Virus record (IMG/VR): IMGVR_UViG_3300011102_000151
Location: 1 to 47,957 of that record
Source of the DNA: a virus
Lineage: Duplodnaviria > Caudoviricetes
Direction: 5' to 3' (one strand)
Length of the DNA: 47,957 nt
Part shown: positions 18,228 to 26,506 of the stretch, in pieces
How positions within the stretch are numbered: the first letter of the stretch is position 1
Layout of the letters: each line of letters opens with the position of its first letter
The notes under the pieces: model-generated
What the model was told of the DNA's origin: nothing
Database searches by the model: none
The model's input: the letters and a program-made list of their open reading frames with translations, nothing else
Translations under genes and position numbers: made by a program

Positions 18228-19315
18228 GAGAATGATCCCCAGCCGATCAGGGCGCCTTCGACCAGATTAAAGTCGTCAACAATAATCACTGTTTGCTCTG
18301 CGAAACCAGAATTCGCCCACCCCCAAATATAAAGCTGGTCGATGTAGTTTCCGCGCGTCGCATACCGCCAATCCGTCCGTTCAAATATGATCGTTGGCGA
18401 TTCGCCCTGAACATATTTCCATACGCGAATGATGCCGTCCGTCATTCCTGGCGCGGATGCCAGCTTTACGTAAACCCTGTACTGAATTCGCCTGCCTATG
18501 TCCGATGCCGAGAACATGCTGCTGTATGCGCTGGTCGGCGGACCATAATCGTTTCCGTCCGCTCCGTCGTTTCCCCAGCGAAACGCGATCAATGAGCCGC
18601 CGCCGCCGACGCCGAAAACCGCATCGGGAACATATTCAAATCCGATGAACTGATTCGAGGCTATCGCGCCATAAGGGCCGGACCACAGCTGCACTATGCC
18701 CTTGTTGTTAGATGATCGACGGCTGGGGTCTGGTATGTGGCTTTGAGTTCTATGCACCCAGTTCAGCGGCAGAAGAATTGTCATCCGCAGGGAAAACTCT
18801 GTCAGCTGCCTACCGATCCCGGGTCCGCCGTCCCTTTTGCTCATATACAGTTCTGCGCTTGAATCCTCTCCGTCAGGATCTGGGCCCCAAACAAATCGGG
18901 CTGATGCAGAACCAATCAGCGGCGCTGCCGTTTCGATAGACACCCTGGTAGATGAATCGTAGGCCGCGCCGTTTTGCGAGTACGGGAGAACGAATGATCG
19001 TTCGAAGCCGTCGACAAACGAAAACGCCGGAGCGCTGGTCACTTCTCCACTGGCGGCCAGCGTGTCGGTGCCGGCTTCCGTCGCGGCAAGCGTTCCGACG
19101 ATGCTGTGGCCGCCAGCAGCAGCAAACAGATCAGGCCCGGTTTCGAACAGTTCCATGCTGCCCTGCACCGACAAATCTTCGGCGATGCCGGAACCGGCGA
19201 AAATATCCGACCCGCTTTCAGACGATGCGAAATCGCCGCCGAAGAAAGACGCCAGGCCCCCGCCGCGGCGAGGGAAAACCCTGAGCGTCTTTGCGCCTAC
19301 GGCCGAAACGGTCAT
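18224..19315 (-). CDS. Putative carbohydrate-binding/polysaccharide-lyase-like virion protein with three N-terminal module repeats
   Basis: Aromatic-rich beta-sandwich pattern (DGFE...DGIIRVW...WGWAN...VDDF). Confidence 0.55.
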   Translation of the reverse strand: MTVSAVGAKTLRVFPRRGGGLASFFGGDFASSESGSDIFAGSGIAEDLSVQGSMELFETGPDLFAAAGGHSIVGTLAATEAGTDTLAASGEVTSAPAFSFVDGFERSFVLPYSQNGAAYDSSTRVSIETAAPLIGSASARFVWGPDPDGEDSSAELYMSKRDGGPGIGRQLTEFSLRMTILLPLNWVHRTQSHIPDPSRRSSNNKGIVQLWSGPYGAIASNQFIGFEYVPDAVFGVGGGGSLIAFRWGNDGADGNDYGPPTSAYSSMFSASDIGRRIQYRVYVKLASAPGMTDGIIRVWKYVQGESPTIIFERTDWRYATRGNYIDQLYIWGWANSGFAEQTVIIVDDFNLVEGALIGWGSFS

Positions 19316-19325
19316 GGCGTCGCTG

Positions 19326-19697
19326 TTACGCGGCGTGCGTCAGCGTGGCGCTGTTGATGGTGATGTTCTGGCCTGCGGTGATATTGGTGCTGTCCAGAAT
19401 GATATCCGACGCGCTGGTGCCAACCGTCAGGCCGGTAATGATGTCGGTGTTGTCCGACTTCCGAATTCGCGCAGCCGCAGCAGTGCCAGTGCCACTTGCC
19501 GCGGCGGTTTTCGGGAATCCGCTGAACGTCAAGACGCCATTGGACGCCGCCGCGGCCGCGGTAGCATTGAGCGTGATCGTGGCCAGAATGGCCGCCATCG
19601 CCGCCGTGCCGATTTCCAGTTTTCCATTCGCGCCGATCTGTGCGGTTACGGCGTCCATGCGCGCGTTTTTTACGGCGATGCTGTAGACGACAGACAT
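19326..19697 (-). CDS. Small Ala/Thr/Gly-rich putative structural fibre subunit
   Basis: 123 aa; GAGGA RBS; GTAAAARI...G.VGTS.SD..L..TNI.AGQ.I.I pattern. Confidence 0.65.
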   Translation of the reverse strand: MSVVYSIAVKNARMDAVTAQIGANGKLEIGTAAMAAILATITLNATAAAAASNGVLTFSGFPKTAAASGTGTAAAARIRKSDNTDIITGLTVGTSASDIILDSTNITAGQNITINSATLTHAA

Positions 19698-19819
19698 TTG
19701 ATAGTCCTCGATAAGCCGGTGATGAATAAGGAATACCCGCAATATTGTCTCAGGCTGCGGCCCGGTAGCGCAAGGAAAGGCGGGTAAAACAGGGATGAGT
19801 ATTGCGCTCTATTGCGCAA

Positions 19820-20146
19820 CTACTCTTGCCGGATGAACCAGCAAATCACCTTTTCTTCTTCGTAGTGGAAGATCACCTGGCCGTCATCGTGCGCAGGGTC
19901 GTATGCGATCAGCGTTGCCCGGTATTTGCTGGGAATGATCTGCAGTTCGCCAAGCCGAAGCATTACGCGCCCCTGCGAATCCCATTCGATCATTTCGGGA
20001 TTGAGCGCACTATCAACCACGGTCTGAGACCCGCGAAACTTCATCACCATGCGGGTCACGCCGGAGAAATCTAGCGGCTTTCCGTCAGCGGTGATTTCCA
20101 GCACGTTTTCGTTGTCGCGCCCCAAGAAAAACAATTCGGTGATCAT
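19820..20146 (-). CDS. Small Ig/BppU-like putative adaptor protein
   Basis: 108 aa beta-rich; DG.PLDFSG motif; ATGA-coupled to upstream gene. Confidence 0.5.
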   Translation of the reverse strand: MITELFFLGRDNENVLEITADGKPLDFSGVTRMVMKFRGSQTVVDSALNPEMIEWDSQGRVMLRLGELQIIPSKYRATLIAYDPAHDDGQVIFHYEEEKVICWFIRQE

Positions 20147-21381
20147 GCGGCTGCTGCCTGTCTGCGTGACTTGACGACGCGCCGCGATGTTGCGGAGCGA
20201 ATGACGATCCTTCCGACGAAATCATCGACCGGCGGCAGATCGCCGCCAATGCCAGTGGCGACGAAGCGATCGGCCCCTATTTCGGTGGCGGCCATGGCGG
20301 CGTCGATGGACGCGCCGCCGATCGCGCGGAACGTGTCGGCCGCGTCTGTGGCGACCATGGCGCCAGCGATCGCCAGCTGGCCGGCCATGTCCGCTTCGTC
20401 AGATCCGACTTCAACCGCCGAAAAGTGACCGGAATGTTCGAACGATCCAGTGGCAGAAAACGCATCGCCGCCAGAATCCGCCGTCGCCATCGTCCCCGCG
20501 ATCAGCAGCTTTCCCAGGCCGGCCACCGTGTCCGCGCCGGTTTCGGTCGCAGCCAGGTCGCCGGCGATGGGTGCTGCGGCGGATGCCGCGAAGGCATCCT
20601 GACCGGCTTCGTGCGCAGCAAGATCGCCAGCGACAGCAACGACGCCTGCCGCTGCGAATGAGTCGGGCTGTTCGGTGGCGTCCATGGCGCCGCTGATATC
20701 GGCCGCGCCGACCGCTTCGAATGCGTCGCGGCCGACTTCCAGCGCCACCACTGCGCCGAATACCCGCACGCGGCCAGGCGCCGCCATGCTGTCGGAACCG
20801 AATTCCAGCGCCGCCGCTACACCGGAAACCAGCACGCCGCCCGATGCGGCGATGCTATCGGCTGACGTTTCCGCCGCTGCCATTGCGCCATAAACGCCGC
20901 CGCCATCCGCCGCGAACGTGTCCCGGCCAACCTCGCTGGCCGTCAAACTGCCGGTAACCGCGGTACTGGTGTTGAACAGCCCGGGAATCCAGACAGCGCC
21001 GTTCCAGTAGTACCATGGCACGTTCGTCAGATCGCTGGCGCCGGTCAGGCGCGCCAGGCGCAGCGTCGCGTTGCCGGCATCGTCGGTTTCCCATTCGAAC
21101 GCGCCAATCCCGCTGATCGGTAGAAGCACCTGATCGCCAGGTTCCGGCGTACCGCCGAGTGCAGATCCGAGCGAATCCGCGCCGGTCTGCACGGTGGCCG
21201 GGTTGATGGAAAACTGCGCGTATGTGTAGGCGGGGTTCGGGCGCCATCCGATCGCGGCGGCCGTGTCCTGGCCGGTTTCGGTGGCCGCCATGATGCCGGC
21301 TGGCCACAGCGGCGCGTAGTCCTGCGATCCGAAGCGGACGCCGCCCAGCGGGCTGTTTTGACTGCCGAAGCGAACCGCCAT
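20143..21381 (-). CDS. Repeat-rich putative fibre scaffold protein
   Basis: 11 tandem ~22-aa GxxAAxExGxDxxxAxG repeats plus one N-terminal copy. Confidence 0.7.
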   Translation of the reverse strand: MAVRFGSQNSPLGGVRFGSQDYAPLWPAGIMAATETGQDTAAAIGWRPNPAYTYAQFSINPATVQTGADSLGSALGGTPEPGDQVLLPISGIGAFEWETDDAGNATLRLARLTGASDLTNVPWYYWNGAVWIPGLFNTSTAVTGSLTASEVGRDTFAADGGGVYGAMAAAETSADSIAASGGVLVSGVAAALEFGSDSMAAPGRVRVFGAVVALEVGRDAFEAVGAADISGAMDATEQPDSFAAAGVVAVAGDLAAHEAGQDAFAASAAAPIAGDLAATETGADTVAGLGKLLIAGTMATADSGGDAFSATGSFEHSGHFSAVEVGSDEADMAGQLAIAGAMVATDAADTFRAIGGASIDAAMAATEIGADRFVATGIGGDLPPVDDFVGRIVIRSATSRRVVKSRRQAAAA

Positions 21382-21502
21382 GATCGACCCTGCGCGAAGT
21401 GTCGAAGTATTTTCGGCGGTTTACTGTATTCGGGCAAGTATTCGCGACCGTGTATTGGCGTGTATTGCAGTGATCGAAGATTAACCAAGCAGCCCGGGGT
21501 CG

Positions 21503-21538
21503 TTGATGCCGTGATTCCGTCCGCGCTATATTGCGCAA
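21503..21538 (+). promoter_or_regulatory. Putative integrase promoter with overlapping TTGCGCAA
   Basis: TTGATG-18-TATATT; palindrome at 21531-21538; AGGA RBS. Confidence 0.55.
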
Positions 21539-21556
21539 AACTGTACAGGAAGCACC

Positions 21557-22717
21557 ATGGCCACCGTCACGAAGCGCAGCTGGATCAATAAGCGCACCGG
21601 CAAGCCAACAACGCGCTATGTGCTGGGCTACGCCGACCGCACCGGCAAATGGCGCCGCAAGCAGTACAAGACGGCGGCCCGCGCGCATGCCGAACGTATC
21701 CGCGTCGAAGGCGAAGTCGCCGCCGGCGTCCACGTCGCCGACGCCGACAGCATCACAGTGGCCAAGGCGGTCGACGCATGGCTGGCCGACTATCAGGCGC
21801 TGGTTGACGCCGGAAAGCGCGAGCGATCCACGCTGGACGCCTACGCCCCCATCACCGCACATATCAAGGCGCACAATATCGCGGCCACGAAGCTGGCGCG
21901 CCTGACCGGCCCGCTTCTGAAAGAATTCACTGGCTGGCTGGAACAGAACCGCACCGAAGAACAGGGCCGGCGCACCATGAAAGTGCTGCGGCTGGTGATC
22001 GACTACGCCATCGGCCGCGGGTGGTGTTCCACGAACTTGGCGAAGTCGGCCAGCATCCGCACCGGCGGCGACCGCCATGAGGAAGAGGTAGAAATCCCGC
22101 CAAAGGAGCAGCTGCAGGCACTGCTGGCTGCCGCCGAAGCGCACAGCGTGAAGGCGCACGCCATGGTCAGCGTGCTGCTGTTCGTCGGCCTGCGCGCCAG
22201 CGAGCTGCGCGGCCTGCGGCGTGTGGACGTTGACCGGAACGAATGCCGCGTGCGCCAGCGCGCCGACAAGTACCAGAAGATCGGCGCGCCGAAGTCGAAG
22301 AAAGGTCGCCGCGACGTGCCGATGCCGCCGGCGACGTGGCGCATTCTGGCGGCGTGGATGCTGCAGGCGCCGAAGTCGAAAGACGGCCTGTTGTTTCCGA
22401 ACGGCGTCGGCAAGGCCGAGTCCTACGCCAACATCTGGAACCGGCTATGGGTGCCGCTGATGGATGCCGCCGGCCTGACGCGACCGGAAGAACAGCCAGA
22501 CGGCAGCGTCAGGATGGCGCCTCTGTTCGGCCTGCACGCGCTGCGGCACGCCTGCATATCGTTGTGGATCGAACAGAACGTGAGCCCCAAGAAAGTCAGC
22601 CAGTGGGCCGGCCATTCGTCGGTGGCGTTCACGCTGGACACCTACGGCCACTTGTGGAAGCAGCGCGAAACCGACGCGCAGATCGCGGCAGCGTCCGAAG
22701 CCGCGTTATTTAAATAG
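21557..22717 (+). CDS. int: Tyrosine integrase
   Basis: GLRASE, K, HALRH, GH, Y catalytic residues in order. Confidence 0.95.
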   Translation: MATVTKRSWINKRTGKPTTRYVLGYADRTGKWRRKQYKTAARAHAERIRVEGEVAAGVHVADADSITVAKAVDAWLADYQALVDAGKRERSTLDAYAPITAHIKAHNIAATKLARLTGPLLKEFTGWLEQNRTEEQGRRTMKVLRLVIDYAIGRGWCSTNLAKSASIRTGGDRHEEEVEIPPKEQLQALLAAAEAHSVKAHAMVSVLLFVGLRASELRGLRRVDVDRNECRVRQRADKYQKIGAPKSKKGRRDVPMPPATWRILAAWMLQAPKSKDGLLFPNGVGKAESYANIWNRLWVPLMDAAGLTRPEEQPDGSVRMAPLFGLHALRHACISLWIEQNVSPKKVSQWAGHSSVAFTLDTYGHLWKQRETDAQIAAASEAALFK

Positions 22718-22751
22718 CGGCGCATATAGCGAAACGGTATAGGCCGCAGTA

Positions 22752-22779
22752 TTGCGCAATGGTGCGCAGCCGGTAGACT
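22752..22779 (+). promoter_or_regulatory. Putative promoter of acyltransferase
   Basis: TTGCGC-16-TAGACT, -35 embedded in TTGCGCAA. Confidence 0.55.
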
Positions 22780-22813
22780 GCACCCAACAAAACGCGCGAC
22801 CGAGGGCGCCAAT

Positions 22814-23803
22814 GTGGACATCGCAATCAATGGACGGACGGACCGCGCTACAGCGCTGAACCGAATCCCAGAGCTAGACGCGCTGCGCTTCATCGCGGCG
22901 CTGGCGGTGGTGTTCTACCACCTGGCCTATGGATCGATCACTCGCTACGGCTATCTCGGCGTCGATCTTTTTTTCATGATCAGCGGCTACGTGATCTTCT
23001 GGAGCGCGAACGGTCGCACCGCCAGCGAATTCGCCGTGTCGCGGTTCGCGCGACTGTATCCGGCGTTCTGGGTGTGCCTGGCGATCACGGTGGCGACCGG
23101 CTGGATCTTGCGCGACGAACTGCCGACGATGGCGCAGCTGATGGCCAATATGACAATGGCCGCCGGCTATGCCGGACAGGAATACATCGATGGCGTTTAC
23201 TGGACGCTGCAGGTCGAACTCAAATTCTATGCGCTGGTGTTCGTTCTGGTCGCACTGCGCCAGATGCACAACGCCGAAGCCTGGCTGTTCGCGTGGCTGC
23301 TGGCGTGCTGGATTGATTCTCTGTTCGGCCTGCCGAGCTGGGCGCAGTCGCTGATCATCGCGCCATACGGCCCGCTGTTCATCGCTGGCGCGCTGTTCCT
23401 GCTGATCCGCACCGGCGGCGCCAACCGGGAAAGACTTCTCGGTGTTGTCGCCTGCCTGCTGATGGTGGTGGCTGGCGCTCAGGATAATTCGGCCGGCTAC
23501 CTGTTCGGCGAACGCAGCCAGGTGGCGCCGGTAATCGTGGTGGCGCTGTTCGGCGTGATGGCGGCCATGGCGTTCGGATGGCTGCGCATCGCGCCCAGCG
23601 CCGCGCTGACGCGCGTGGCAGCGATGACCTATCCGCTGTACCTGCTGCACAACGCGATCGGCAAAGGCATCGCAGAACACGCCGGCGCCGCCGCGGCCAT
23701 CGTGGTGGCGCTGGTGCTGGCCTACGTGGTCAGCGCGGTTGACGCGCCGGTGTCGCGCTACGTGCGCCGGAAACTGGAAGCGGCCGTGTGCCGCAGGGGG
23801 TGA
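22814..23803 (+). CDS. Acyltransferase-3 family membrane O-acyltransferase (OafA/Oac-like), likely lysogenic conversion
   Basis: LDALR..A...V..YH, GVDLFFMISG, RFARLYP, WTL.VE..FY, YPLYLLH; multiple TM helices. Confidence 0.92.
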   Translation: MDIAINGRTDRATALNRIPELDALRFIAALAVVFYHLAYGSITRYGYLGVDLFFMISGYVIFWSANGRTASEFAVSRFARLYPAFWVCLAITVATGWILRDELPTMAQLMANMTMAAGYAGQEYIDGVYWTLQVELKFYALVFVLVALRQMHNAEAWLFAWLLACWIDSLFGLPSWAQSLIIAPYGPLFIAGALFLLIRTGGANRERLLGVVACLLMVVAGAQDNSAGYLFGERSQVAPVIVVALFGVMAAMAFGWLRIAPSAALTRVAAMTYPLYLLHNAIGKGIAEHAGAAAAIVVALVLAYVVSAVDAPVSRYVRRKLEAAVCRRG

Positions 23804-23957
23804 ACGGCAGCCGAACACCGCCACCGAACTTTGCGCAATCGTTGCGCAATGTGCTGGAAATGACGCCGGGTGAAACAGCGTGATTCCAAGGGTTTAGCCG
23901 GCGCGTTTCGTGCGCCGCGCTGCGCAACGGCAAAATCGGCTAAGTGCTTGAAAAATA

Positions 23958-24007
23958 TGGTGCCCAGGGCCGGAATCGAACCAGCGACACGCGGATTTTC
24001 AGTCCGC
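23958..24007 (-). other. attP core: 3' half of tRNA-Phe(GAA)
   Basis: GCGGA-CTGAAAA-TCCGC anticodon arm, GCTGG-TTCGATT-CCGGC T arm, CCTGGGC-A-CCA end; 5' half absent; IHF consensus AATCAGCTAGTTA at 24023-24035. Confidence 0.9.
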
Positions 24008-24080
24008 ATGGATTTGTAGAGTAATCAGCTAGTTACGTCAACTTTGCGCGGTTTTTGCGCAGTGCAGAAAATGAGAGGCG

Positions 24081-24296
24081 GTGATTGTGCATGACATTGG
24101 TCGCTGGGGTTGGCTTTCGCTGATCGCCATACTTTGCGTGTTCGGCGTACTGATCCACCGGGGCGGCCAGGAAGTCGATCGCCGTGCCGCCGAATGCCGG
24201 GCTGCTGGCGGCGAATATTTCTACGCCAGGGGCGCCGAAATGTGCATCGACAAGAAACACGTTATCGATATCGGAGAGAGGATAGGTGATGAATGA
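24081..24296 (+). CDS. Small membrane protein
   Basis: One TM segment then C.AAGG...C; GAGG RBS. Confidence 0.55.
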   Translation: MIVHDIGRWGWLSLIAILCVFGVLIHRGGQEVDRRAAECRAAGGEYFYARGAEMCIDKKHVIDIGERIGDE

Positions 24297-24831
24297 TGAA
24301 CAGACGGTGCAGCACACCGATGGCCTGCTGCGAATAGATCCTGACCACCCCTGCGATATCCAGACGGCTGACGGATCGCTGGAAATCGCCATGCTGGATT
24401 ATGACGTGGCAAGCGACTTCCCTGCGCCGCCGATTGATGTTGCGAAAGCGAACGGTCGGCGCATTGTCGCCTGCTGGAACGCCTGCGCCGGCATCAGCAC
24501 CGAAGCGCTGGAACGCCTGCCCGTGCCGTTCGCCGACGCGCTCAGCCAGCAGTTCAAGGACAGAATGGATCAATGCGGACTGCTCGCCGCGCGCGTGGCC
24601 GAACTGGAACAGCAACTGAACGCAGAAAAGGCGGCAGCCGTCCGCGAACGTGATCGGTTTCGTGATGCTGCAGCGATGCGCAACCGACTGCTGGCGGCTG
24701 CAGAAACGGCGAAGGAAGAAATGTGCAACACCGTGGCGCCGCGCACCAGCTTTACTGATGCCGTCGACGCGCTGGACGCCGCCATTACGGCCGCCGGCGG
24801 CGCGTCGCTGCTGCAGAACCAGGCCGAATAA
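24286..24831 (+). CDS. Hypothetical phage protein
   Basis: ANGRRIVACWNACAGI motif common in phage accessory proteins; coiled coil. Confidence 0.7.
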   Translation: MMNDEQTVQHTDGLLRIDPDHPCDIQTADGSLEIAMLDYDVASDFPAPPIDVAKANGRRIVACWNACAGISTEALERLPVPFADALSQQFKDRMDQCGLLAARVAELEQQLNAEKAAAVRERDRFRDAAAMRNRLLAAAETAKEEMCNTVAPRTSFTDAVDALDAAITAAGGASLLQNQAE

Positions 24832-24864
24832 CGAACACCACCACCACAACGAGGAACGCACGAA

Positions 24865-25089
24865 ATGGCACAAGCACGAATTTACAAGGTGACCGCACCG
24901 GGCCAGCACGCGCCGCGGATGGTCCGCGCCGGCACGCGCGCGCAGGCGATCAGGCACGTCGTCGCCGACACCGTGTTCGCCGCGGTCGCGTCGCAGGATG
25001 ATCTGGTTTCCATGCTGCAGGACGGCGCAACGATCGAATCGGCCAGCGCCGACCCTGATCAGCTAGATATCGAACAGGTGCAGGCGTAG
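24865..25089 (+). CDS. Conserved small phage protein
   Basis: GAGGA RBS; RIY.V...R.VRA.T.AQA.RHV. Confidence 0.7.
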   Translation: MAQARIYKVTAPGQHAPRMVRAGTRAQAIRHVVADTVFAAVASQDDLVSMLQDGATIESASADPDQLDIEQVQA

Positions 25090-25108
25090 CACCGGCGCGC
25101 GCCGGCGG

Positions 25109-25117
25109 TGCTATACT
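25109..25117 (+). promoter_or_regulatory. Extended -10 promoter for the non-coding region
   Basis: TGCTATACT 7 bp before the first RNA stem. Confidence 0.6.
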
Positions 25118-25124
25118 GTCGGCA

Positions 25125-25492
25125 CGCATTCGCATGCACCCTATGACTGGTGTGAAGCCGGGTCGCAACCGGCAGGCAGCACGTCCGAAAGGAATGTCGC
25201 GGTTCGAATCCGCGGATAGGGTGCATCCGAATGCGGCGAATGTGCAGGCCGATGCACAAGTGACTTAGGGGCGATCCCGGCCCCAAGGCGCAAGCGGAGT
25301 CACTGGGAATGCCGGAATTCGGTGCCGGCCGCCGCAGCCAAATACCAAGCACCGTGCGCATGCAGCCACAGGCTGTTCGGGAAACCGATCGGAAAGCCGG
25401 AAGCGTTAGCGGGCCTATCTCCAGCCCCGAAGCGGTGCCAGCCGCGGGGAAGCGCGCAGGCCGGTGAATAAATGCGAAGCCGTGTGGTTCAT
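25125..25492 (+). ncRNA. Cluster of three structured RNA domains (tRNA-like, kissing-loop junction, multibranch)
   Basis: Long closing stems 25125-25144/25216-25235, 25232-25238/25330-25336, 25360-25374/25478-25492; canonical T arm; several GNRA loops; no credible ORF. Confidence 0.75.
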
Positions 25493-25529
25493 GGCCGGCA
25501 GCCGCGCCGGTGGCGACAGAGCGGCGAAC

Positions 25530-26048
25530 CTACCTCACCAGCGCGTTATAGGCGTCGCGCACCGCGTTATAGCGGTCGATCAGCGCGTTTCGCTCCCGCA
25601 CCACTGCGTCGCATTCTCCGGCGATGCGGACAAGATCATCAGCAGCTGACGGCAATAGTTCGGCTCGCGCTTCTGCGCCAGGTCCGCCGGCAGCGCCGGG
25701 ATCTGCGCCGGTGACGGCGGCACACTTGGCGGGGATTGACAGGCGCTTATTTGCAGCGCGCAGATCAGCGCGCAGCTGATCAATCCGGCTTTTCGCATCG
25801 GCTTCCACCTTGTGGCGTTCTTCGTCCTGCTTCGCGGTGATATCGGCGACCGCCTGTTCTGCCGTCCTGGCGCGCCGTTCGGCGTCCGCCACGGCTTCGG
25901 CATGGCGCTGCGCGGTGGCGGCGATCTCGGCCTTGTAGCGGTCGGCTGCGCGGCCATAGCCGGCGCTGTAGACGCCGACAGCGGCCGCCACCAGCAGCGC
26001 GGCGCCAGCGATGTACGGCGCGGCACGCAGCAGCCACGCAGGCATCAT
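25530..26048 (-). CDS. Rz-like inner-membrane spanin
   Basis: N-terminal TM, coiled coil; ATGA-coupled to endolysin. Confidence 0.85.
   Translation of the reverse strand: MMPAWLLRAAPYIAGAALLVAAAVGVYSAGYGRAADRYKAEIAATAQRHAEAVADAERRARTAEQAVADITAKQDEERHKVEADAKSRIDQLRADLRAANKRLSIPAKCAAVTGADPGAAGGPGAEARAELLPSAADDLVRIAGECDAVVRERNALIDRYNAVRDAYNALVR
25580..25798 (-). CDS. Rz1-like outer-membrane spanin nested in Rz
   Basis: Alternate frame; ISAC lipobox, Pro-rich mature part. Confidence 0.8.
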   Translation of the reverse strand: MRKAGLISCALICALQISACQSPPSVPPSPAQIPALPADLAQKREPNYCRQLLMILSASPENATQWCGSETR

Positions 26049-26506
26049 GCCAGCGCACCCCCGCCGGCGACGTAGGCTTCGGCCAGGCGTTCCAGGCGCA
26101 GTTCGCGCTGTCCGTAGCCGGCACCTGGCAGGCTGGCCCATATCGTCCGGCAGGCCCGCACGGCATCGGCGAACCGGCCGCCTTCGACAAGATCGACGGC
26201 GCGGCACTGGCGCACCAGCGCGATCGCGCCGCGGTCCTGCGACGCCGGCGAGAAGTCCGGCAGCCGGAACCGCGCCACCAGATCGTCCCATGTGCGGATC
26301 AGGAACTGATACCGACCGGCGGCGGTGGAATGGATGCCGTAGCGCGGCAGCCACACGCTGCGGCGCGGATGGTCCGCGTAGCCGTCGAACAGGCCGCCGC
26401 CGACGATCACGTTATAGCCATCGTCGCCCAGTCCGGCCGTGCCTTCGGCGAACGCCAGCACGTCCAGAAACGCGCGCATGTTCGGGTGGGCATCGATCTT
26501 AGCCAC
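26045..26506 (-). CDS. Endolysin, lambda R-like transglycosylase
   Basis: AFLD.LA..EGT, Y.DHP, STAAGRYQ, DFSP.SQD, IWASLPGAGYGQ. Confidence 0.95.
   Translation of the reverse strand: MAKIDAHPNMRAFLDVLAFAEGTAGLGDDGYNVIVGGGLFDGYADHPRRSVWLPRYGIHSTAAGRYQFLIRTWDDLVARFRLPDFSPASQDRGAIALVRQCRAVDLVEGGRFADAVRACRTIWASLPGAGYGQRELRLERLAEAYVAGGGALA

Noticed and set aside
20200-20960. CRISPR array or DGR template/variable repeats
   Set aside because: Repeats are degenerate at DNA level and conserved only as peptide; no cas or reverse transcriptase gene
23958-24007. Functional tRNA-Phe gene
   Set aside because: Only anticodon arm to CCA is present; no D arm or 5' acceptor strand, so it is an attP core
25125-25235. 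Canonical tRNA or Y RNA (YrlA)
   Set aside because: No anticodon loop or CCA; arm order is standard rather than the YrlA arrangement and no Ro60 gene is seen
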